This document shows, in pieces, positions 37,374 through 45,573 of a stretch of 45,573 bases of DNA. The notes under the pieces were generated by a model. The model was not told the DNA's origin. It was given only the letters and a program-made list of their open reading frames with translations, and searched no databases. Made by a program: the position numbers and the translations under genes. Positions within the stretch are counted from its first letter, which is position 1. Every line of letters starts with the position of its first letter. Source of the stretch: Octopus sinensis (taxonomy: Eukaryota); NCBI RefSeq assembly GCF_006345805.1, contig NW_021835206.1, forward strand, positions 1 through 45,573. The letters are read 5' to 3'.

Positions 37374-38476
37374 CCTTAGACAATGCCAGTATAAAATGCG
37401 GACTGGGCATGACAGGAACATGCTTGATTATAGGTCTGCTGTTTCTGTGTTCTTCATTTTAGCATCCCTCTCCAAAGGCGGCGAGAGGGCAGAATTGTTT
37501 GTTCTCCGTACAAAATTTTAGCATCGCTCTATCACACTGTTAGTCTCTCATCTGCATACAATCTTCCTCTCCTCCGAATAAATTTTTTTATCTATTTATC
37601 TATGCATCAGTCTGTCTACCCTCTCTCTCTGTCTCTCTCTCTGTCTGTCTCTCTCTCTCTTTCTCTGTCTCTATCTCGCTTCCCTCACTTACCTCCTGTT
37701 TCTCTTCTTAATCTTCTCATTGAAAAACTCATTGTCTCTGTCCACATCCAAATGTCTCACCTTTCCTCCTTCTATCCCTTCCAGTTTGCTTCCTCATTCT
37801 TCTTCACCATCATCATCTCTTCCCCCCCCTTCTTGATTTCCTTGTCCATCCTTCTCCTCTTCCTCCTCCTCCTCCCATCCTTTTTCCCGCGAACGTCGCC
37901 CTCAGATATCATATCACAATGGCTTCAACTATAAAGTCTGTAAAAGACAGCTGATTTGACACATAAATCAGAAGGCCAGGAGGATGTCTCCCTCCCTCCA
38001 CCTCTCTCTGGCCCTCTCCCTCCCGCCCTCTCTCTCTCTTGCTTCCTCTCTCTCCTATCTCATTCGGCCTCCATATTTCTTTCGCATACACAGACCTACG
38101 TGCAAACGGATATATAAGGATATATAAGCACACACTGATCTCTCAACACTCATACATGGACATACACGCAGATATATATATATATATATATACATATGCA
38201 TGCAAAGTGATAAATACATGCATACACACACAATTTATATAGGCACACATATATATATACATACATACACAATATGCGCACACGTATATATATATATATA
38301 CATATATATGCACGCGCAAAAACACGCGAATACGTACATACATACATGCATACAAACACACATACACACACGCATAAATACATGAATATATTTACACAGA
38401 CACACATTTACATATCAACACACGCGCGAGCGCACGTACACACCCCACACTCGCACGCGCGCGCGCACACACACAC

Positions 38477-38514
<38 letters not shown>

Positions 38515-39883
38515 ACACACACATACACACTCACGCACCTGCAGATGTGCGTTGATTTATATTCAAGTCTTTTCGTTGCTTTCACACCACAGACTGCTGC
38601 TATGCTGTCTCTGCTACTATGAGGAAATTTTGTATTTGGTCAAAATAACCTGCAAGAAATAACAACCAAATTTTCCCTCAAATCACAACAAGAAAGACAA
38701 CCGCAACAGTTCCGGACACTGTAGTGTGATATTGTAAAACACAACGGAATGGTCGGTGTAGTTTCGTCTTCAATACTAAAACGAGGTTAAGTAAAAAAAA
38801 AAACACAAAAAGCTAAACCTAAAGCAAACAAAAAACAAAACAAATAAAAGAATAAATAATTGTAAATAAAATAATCCTGCTATTTAGATTAGGCGGGTAC
38901 GCAAGCGTGTGTGCATGTGTATGCGTGTATAATACACACACACACACACACACATGTATGCATAATCAAACTACTACAGTTAAACAACACATGCATATTT
39001 GCATATATGTATGCATGTATGTATGTAGATGTACGTATATATGTGTGTGTGTGTATGTGTAGGTGTGTGTCTGTGTGTGTATGACAGAGAGAAGAAGAGA
39101 GAGGTTTATATATATATATTATGACAGAGAGGAGAGTTGCGCTTGGGCTTGAAAATACACCTAAGTCTTTAAAGGTGTTGTAGATATTTTAAAGATTTTG
39201 TATCAAGTTTATATATATATAAATATATGCGTGTGTATGTGTGTGGTGTGTGTGTGTCTGTGTGTGCGTGTGTGTGTCTGTGCGTGTGTGTGTGTGTGTG
39301 TGTGTGTATCAATACATAGATATACAAATACATATATGCATATATCAGCTCTATATCTTAGAGTGTGCTTCTCCGAATCGATGTATATATATATATATCT
39401 CACTCTCTTTATATATATATTTATATATATATATGTGTGTGTGTGTGACATAAATATAAGTATAAAGTACATGTGACTTATGTAATATACATATAACATG
39501 TTTATACCTATATATATAGACATATGTATATATAACTATAAATAATATATATATATCCTTTTATTCTTCCATACATTTATACGTTCTGGCCCAAAGGCTG
39601 TGGCCATGCTGAGGCTTCGCCAGTATAATCGCCTTTTCTTTTATAGTTGACTTTTTGTGAGGGTGGTGTGAGTTCGATATTTCTGCCCTGTTTTGAGTTT
39701 CTTGACATGATGTAGGAAATGTACATGCGTCAAGAATACATACATACATACATACATACTTATAATGTATGTATGTATGTATGTATGTATGTATGTATGT
39801 ATGTATGTATGTATGTATGTATGTATGTATGTATGTATGTATGAATAAAGAGCGAAAGAATGTGTTTCATAGGCGGATAGGCA

Positions 39884-40192
<309 letters not shown>

Positions 40193-41444
40193 ATGTTTCT
40201 TTATTAGCTACACAGGGCTGCACACAGATAGAACAAATTACAAGGTAGAGCTTTTCTTTTGAAGGTAAAAAAAATAAAAAAATTAAAAAAATAAAAATAA
40301 AAATAAAAAAAGGGGGGGTCGATCAAAAGGGATCGTAAAAGGAGAGAAAGAGGACAAAAAAAAGGGGGAGAGGAAAAAAATTGATCAATAGGGATCGTTA
40401 TCACAGAAATGTCAATATGAAGTGTAAAGGGGAGGACAGGTGAGGTTTACCCGTGGAAAGAAAAGCCTACGGAAAAGACCACGGTAACCTCGGTCAATGA
40501 AGTCACATGTTATATTTCTTTTTTTTTTTTTTTTGCAAATAAGCAACTCTCTGTATTAATTTTTACGGTTCATAGAATCATAGTCAAGGTGGCTTCGTCA
40601 TTCATACGTGCCATCCTTGCTACATTCACCCATCTATTTTTAAAACATTCACTAGACAAAACTTGCCTCTCTACTCTCACTTTTTTCTTCAAGTGATACT
40701 TGAAGAAGTTGATGAGAGATTGACCAGAGAGGAAAGTGTTTGTCTCTAACGCGTCCACCAGATACATTCTTTCGCCATAGCCACAAGTATGATAAAAATA
40801 GCTCTTCCTTCCCGTTTGAAGGAAGGAGGCGTGACGATATTAACGATAGACTCGGCTGATAAACCGACACGTTCCACACGTGACAGCAGTCGTTCGACAT
40901 AAGCCCACAGGTGGGAAATTGCTGGACACTGCACGATTGCGTGCAGAGCGGTTTCGTCGCTCTGCCCGCATCTCGGGCAGGTCGGCCCCGTGTTTCTCGA
41001 GCCATGCCTATAGAGCTTATCCCGAACGGGTAGCGCTTCTCGGTAGCACCACCAGGCCAGGGATCTCTGGAAGTTGTCCATAGGTCCCGGGCCGAAAGTC
41101 GTTTGAAACAGGCGGGTCAGGTATTCCTCGTCGACGCCCAGAGTTATCTATAATGTTTCCCTTGTTTGGATCTTTCTTCAGCAGAGTTACAGCTCCTCGA
41201 CTCACAAAACCGGGTATGCTCCCGTTTTGCTGCCAGTTGCAGTATACCGCTGCCAAGACGTCTCCAAACAAGTCTGGCATACAATAGTAAAATTCGTAGG
41301 GTAGACCATCCAAACCCGGTGATTTGTCCCTCGAGCATTCTGCCATCGCTTCCCGCACTTCCGCCGCCGTGATGGCACCTTCGCAGCACCCTGCCTTTCT
41401 TGTCGAGAGTCGTGGCAGGCTATGTAGGTAGGCACTGAAGTCTA
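40193..41444 (-). mobile_element. Tx1/L1-clade retrotransposon, 5'-truncated, RT core deleted
   Basis: KSPGLDGLPYEFY...VTLLKKDPNKGNIIDN is joined at about 41143 to the C-terminal region with LPVRDKL and CPRCGQSDETALHAIVQC; the 3' end reads AATAAAAGAAACAT|ATCTATCT. Confidence 0.9.
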
Positions 41445-41489
41445 AGATAGATAGATAGATGGATAAATAGATAGATAAATAGATAGATA

Positions 41490-41631
41490 TGTTTCTTTAT
41501 TAGCCACATAGGGCTGCACACAGATAGAACAAATTACAAGGTAGAGCTTTTCTTTTGAAGGTAAAAAAAGGGGGGGGGTTCGATCAAAAGGGATCGTAAA
41601 AGGAGAGAAAGAGGATAAAAAAAAAGGGGGA
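41490..41631 (-). mobile_element. Short 3'-UTR-only copy of the same Tx1-like element inside (GATA)n
   Basis: Matches 40193-40370; (GATA)n on both sides (41445-41489 and 41632-41716). Confidence 0.9.
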
Positions 41632-41659
41632 GATAGAAAGATAGATAGATAGATTGATT

Positions 41660-41717
<58 letters not shown>

Positions 41718-42312
41718 CTACGTACATATGGGGATCCGGATAAAACCCCACTAGGATCAAATCCCCCTTAAAGTGTGAAAGAGGACAAAATCCCCCTTTT
41801 CACTTTTTCTCTTTTTTCGAGTTTATTTTACGTTCTCGGCAACACAGAAATCTCTATTCTGACAAAAAAATCAGCCTTTTGAAATTTAAATTCCCCTCCC
41901 CCACTCCCCAATTTTTCGTTTTTCAGTTTTTGCGAAATTTTTTTTTCCTTTTTTTTTGGGATTCTATGTAGATACAGAGATTATGAGTCCGAAAAAAATC
42001 TTTGTTCTAAAATTTCAAACACCCTCCTAACACCCCGCCCACATCCTCACCAATATTCCTCATATTTTTAAACTCGTTCACTTACAACCCACTCGGATAT
42101 ATTTTTCTATTTGAACTTAGCGAATTTATACGGCACAGGAGATATAAAATTTATGATTTATTCGATAAACTCCTAGAGTGTGTCGCAAACTTTCATTTTT
42201 GAATATTCGCTACAAAAAAATATTATTTTTAAAAAAATTCATTGAGAATTTTTCCAGCTACAGAATAACAGGATTCGAAACTGAATCCACACATATGTAC
42301 AGACATGTGTAT

Positions 42313-42373
<61 letters not shown>

Positions 42374-42720
42374 GTATATACATAACACGCACAGACAGAT
42401 ATTCGTTTTGGCTTGACCAAATGGTTTAGAAATTTCCTTCGGAATCAGGTGGAACTGGGTTCAAAGCTGCAGAAACCTGTTCGCCAACACATCGTGGGTG
42501 AGACTGTCTGAGCAATTGCAGTTGATATGTTGTACTGGTAATTCAAAAGAACTGCCTTGAAATTCGTTGTGATTCTACCAGGAGATGATTACATTAAGTA
42601 TATAGACATCTGTGAAATACATATTTGTGAAATATGCAGCTACTTTTACATAGTTAGTTCAGTCGACTGAATTTAGTTGAAGAATTGGAATATTCGTTGA
42701 AACCGACGGAAAATCTCTCT

Positions 42721-42751
<31 letters not shown>

Positions 42752-42791
42752 AATTTCCTCTCTCTCTCTCTCTCTCTTTATCTCTCTCTCC

Positions 42792-42839
<48 letters not shown>

Positions 42840-42947
42840 GTCTATCTGTCTGTCTATTTATTTATCTGTCTGTCTACCTGCCTGTCTCTGATTATATATC
42901 TATCAATAATCTAGCTACATAGATACATACATACACGCACACACGCA

Positions 42948-42994
<47 letters not shown>

Positions 42995-43019
42995 CGTGAA
43001 TTCATACATACATACATTC

Positions 43020-43063
<44 letters not shown>

Positions 43064-43258
43064 TATATAATATATACACATACATACACCCCCCATATAT
43101 ATATATATATACATTTAAACGTTTTAACATTTATACATATATTGCACATACACATAATATACATACATAATATATATTTAATATAAGTATATTCATACAT
43201 AGGATATATATATACATAATAAATTATATGTATGTATATGTATGTATATATATATATA

Positions 43259-43297
<39 letters not shown>

Positions 43298-43409
43298 TAC
43301 TTATATAAATTTATATGTATGTATTGTATATAATATATACAACCTATTTATATGTATGTTGTATATATATATTATGTATATATATAATATATACAATATA
43401 TATATATAC

Positions 43410-43766
43410 ACCGCTGCGTGGTGCCAAGGATTCCAACATCACCATCAAAATACAGGTCCAGATACTGCAACAGCTTGGGTTTCAGAGGACCACAGCTCTT
43501 TAACATCCTCCCTAAATGCCTGAGAGACTTACATGGTGTGGATGTGGGTTTCTTTAAAACTAAACTGGATCTCTTCTTGTTGGGAGTCCCAGATGAACCT
43601 ACCTCACGACAGGAGACACGGATGCGGGCAGCAGCATCGAACTCCCTTGTTGATCAAGTGCCACGTATCAGAGGTGGATTCACAAACTAGTGTAGCTCAT
43701 TCAGCGGTGGTGCCCCAGCATGGCTGCGGCCTTCGGGCTGAAACATTTTTAAGGATTTAAGGATTT
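43410..43766 (+). mobile_element. CR1-clade LINE 3' end with stem-loop and (AAGGATTT)n tail
   Basis: SLGFRGPQLFNILPKCLRDLHGVDVGFFKTKLDLFLLGVPDEP...RAAASNSLVDQ; stop at 43690. Confidence 0.85.
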
Positions 43767-43789
43767 AATACATTTACATATAAATTTGT

Positions 43790-43849
<60 letters not shown>

Positions 43850-43858
<9 letters not shown>

Positions 43859-44215
43859 AACGGCAGTTTGTCTGTTGTGTGTTTCTGTGTGTCTGTTAGG
43901 TTGTACCCTCACCCTGACCACGGTTTTCAACCGATTCTGATGAAACTTGACACACACATAGCCCAATGTCATAATTCAAAACTAACGCAGCGAAAATTTT
44001 GAAAAGTTCCCCCAGTTCTGAAAAAAATCGATAAATTCGACATGGGGTCGAGAATCAGAAACACAAACCACAGACTGTCTAGGGGACGCAAATTGACCTT
44101 TTTAACTAAAAAAAATTTACCATCATTTTTTTCCCATTTTTTGGCTATAACTCTCTAAAAATGCTTTATAGTTATTTCCTTTACAAACCCGAGCAACGCC
44201 GGGCGATACTGCTAG
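43850..44215 (+). mobile_element. Non-autonomous Helitron, 5' TC lost in (TA)n
   Basis: Ends CCCGAGCAACGCCGGGCGATACTGCTAG|T; the last ~110 bp are shared with 411-545 (-). Confidence 0.85.
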
Positions 44216-44310
44216 TAATATGATAAACGTAAATAAAATAAAATAAAACATTGAACCAACAGATGTAACAATACGAAGAATAACAATAAAATGATGAGGT
44301 TACTCGAACA

Positions 44311-44665
44311 TCTCTCTATATAAAGCTGAAGTTGTCTGTGTATGGCAGGTTTGGTAGCCTTCAACTAACACTATCTCCTCCGAGACCCTGCGGCGCAAGT
44401 TGACCAAAATTGAGAGTATGATAGAAGAAGGCTTCAAATCGGACCTTGTTAAGACCAAAAATTATTTACATCAAAAAAGTGCTTTTTTTTTCTATGAAAA
44501 TCCCTATTTTTTTTACGATTTTTGACTGCTGTGTCGCCATTTATCGGTGTATTTCAACCAGAAAAATGTTCACTTAAAGAGAATAACAAGCTACATAATG
44601 CAAAATTTTAATTCCAATTCTAAAGGGTCGAAACAAACCCGAGCAAGGCCGGGCGATACTGCTAG
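44311..44665 (+). mobile_element. Non-autonomous Helitron
   Basis: A|TCTCTCTATATAAAGCTG...ACAAACCCGAGCAAGGCCGGGCGATACTGCTAG|T. Confidence 0.88.
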
Positions 44666-44763
44666 TATATATATAAATGTACGTACGTATGTATATATGT
44701 ATCTATATATAAATATAAATATATATACAACTAAAGACGGCTCTAAAGTAACTGAGTACTAAA

Positions 44764-45190
44764 GAAGAAAAAGAAAATGGAGATTGGGAAGTTAATAATT
44801 GTTTATTATTAACAGCAAATTGATCATCTTTACTTATACCTGTTTCCATTAATACTCAGTAAATATTACGTAAGTATTGAATTCATATTTATATGACCTG
44901 AGTATAACATCTTCAGAGGGTTAAAAAATATATCCTTGGATGTTTTATGTGTTTATGGATTTATCATAGCAGATTATACATTTATAAGTTTATAGCCTGC
45001 TATAATGAATCCATAAAATCATATATATAACGTGCAAGGGTACATTTTTTTGTCAGGTCATATAAAGATGAATTCAGTATTTACTTAATATTTACTGAGT
45101 ATTAATTGAAACAGCTGTAAGTGAAGAGGATTAATTAGCTGTTAATAATAAACAATTATTAACTTCCCAATCTCCATTTTATTTTTCTTC
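44764..45190. repeat. Long imperfect inverted repeat (arms of about 138 bp) containing hammerhead remnants
   Basis: 44764-44901 vs 45053-45190, e.g. GGAGATTGGGAAGTTAATAATTGTTTATTATTAACAGC and GCTGTTAATAATAAACAATTATTAACTTCCCAATCTCC. Confidence 0.9.
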
Positions 45191-45442
45191 TGTTATATAT
45201 GTGTGTGTTTGTGTGTGTGTGTGTGTGTTTATAAATAATAAAGGTCGTTTTACTCGCAATTTCCTAGTACTCTTTATCACTTTAGAGAAGTCTATAGTTC
45301 TATGTATATATTTATGTGTATGTGTACATGCATAGATATGTATGTATGTGTCTATATATTTGTATATATATATTTAATATATGTATATATAAGTATACAT
45401 ATATATGGATGTATGTATATATATATATACATACATATATAT

Positions 45443-45573
45443 TTACTCTTTTACTTGTTTCAGTCATTTGACTGCGGCCATGCTGGAGCACCGCCTTTTG
45501 TCGAGCAACTCGACCCCGGACTTATTCTTTGTAAGCCCAGTACTTATTCTATCGGTCTCTTTTGCCGAACCGC
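45443..45573 (-). mobile_element. SINE family A, 3' half running off the window end
   Basis: TACTCTTTTACTTGTTTCAGTCATTTGACTGCGGCCATGCTGGAGCACCGCC. Confidence 0.9.

Noticed and set aside
42430-42505. Possible exon ending at a GTGAGA donor
   Set aside because: No recognisable peptide and an ambiguous acceptor.

Overview
AT-rich, microsatellite-saturated animal DNA made almost entirely of transposable-element debris. I recognise the tRNA-derived SINE families and repeat landscape as octopus-like (recall and inference, not a database match). No host protein-coding exon can be supported, and most ORF-track entries are translated microsatellites. Main contents: (1) a young 5'-truncated R4/Dong-type non-LTR retrotransposon with about 700 uninterrupted codons (RT, CCHC, restriction-like endonuclease; 14887-17232), plus about six older relatives, mostly chained on the + strand through (TAA)n tracts; (2) three copies of a Tx1/L1-clade element, each abutting (TATC)n/(GATA)n arrays on the same strand, a candidate GATA-microsatellite-targeted retrotransposon; (3) several type I hammerhead-ribozyme folds of the kind carried by Penelope-like elements, one with a fully intact core (14048-14109); (4) five non-autonomous Helitrons with shuffled ends; (5) mariner/Tc1, hAT and probable pogo remnants and MITEs; (6) CR1 3' ends, one matching the tail of the commonest SINE; (7) local duplications and foldbacks. 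Many coordinates were counted by hand, and edges of degenerate elements are approximate.
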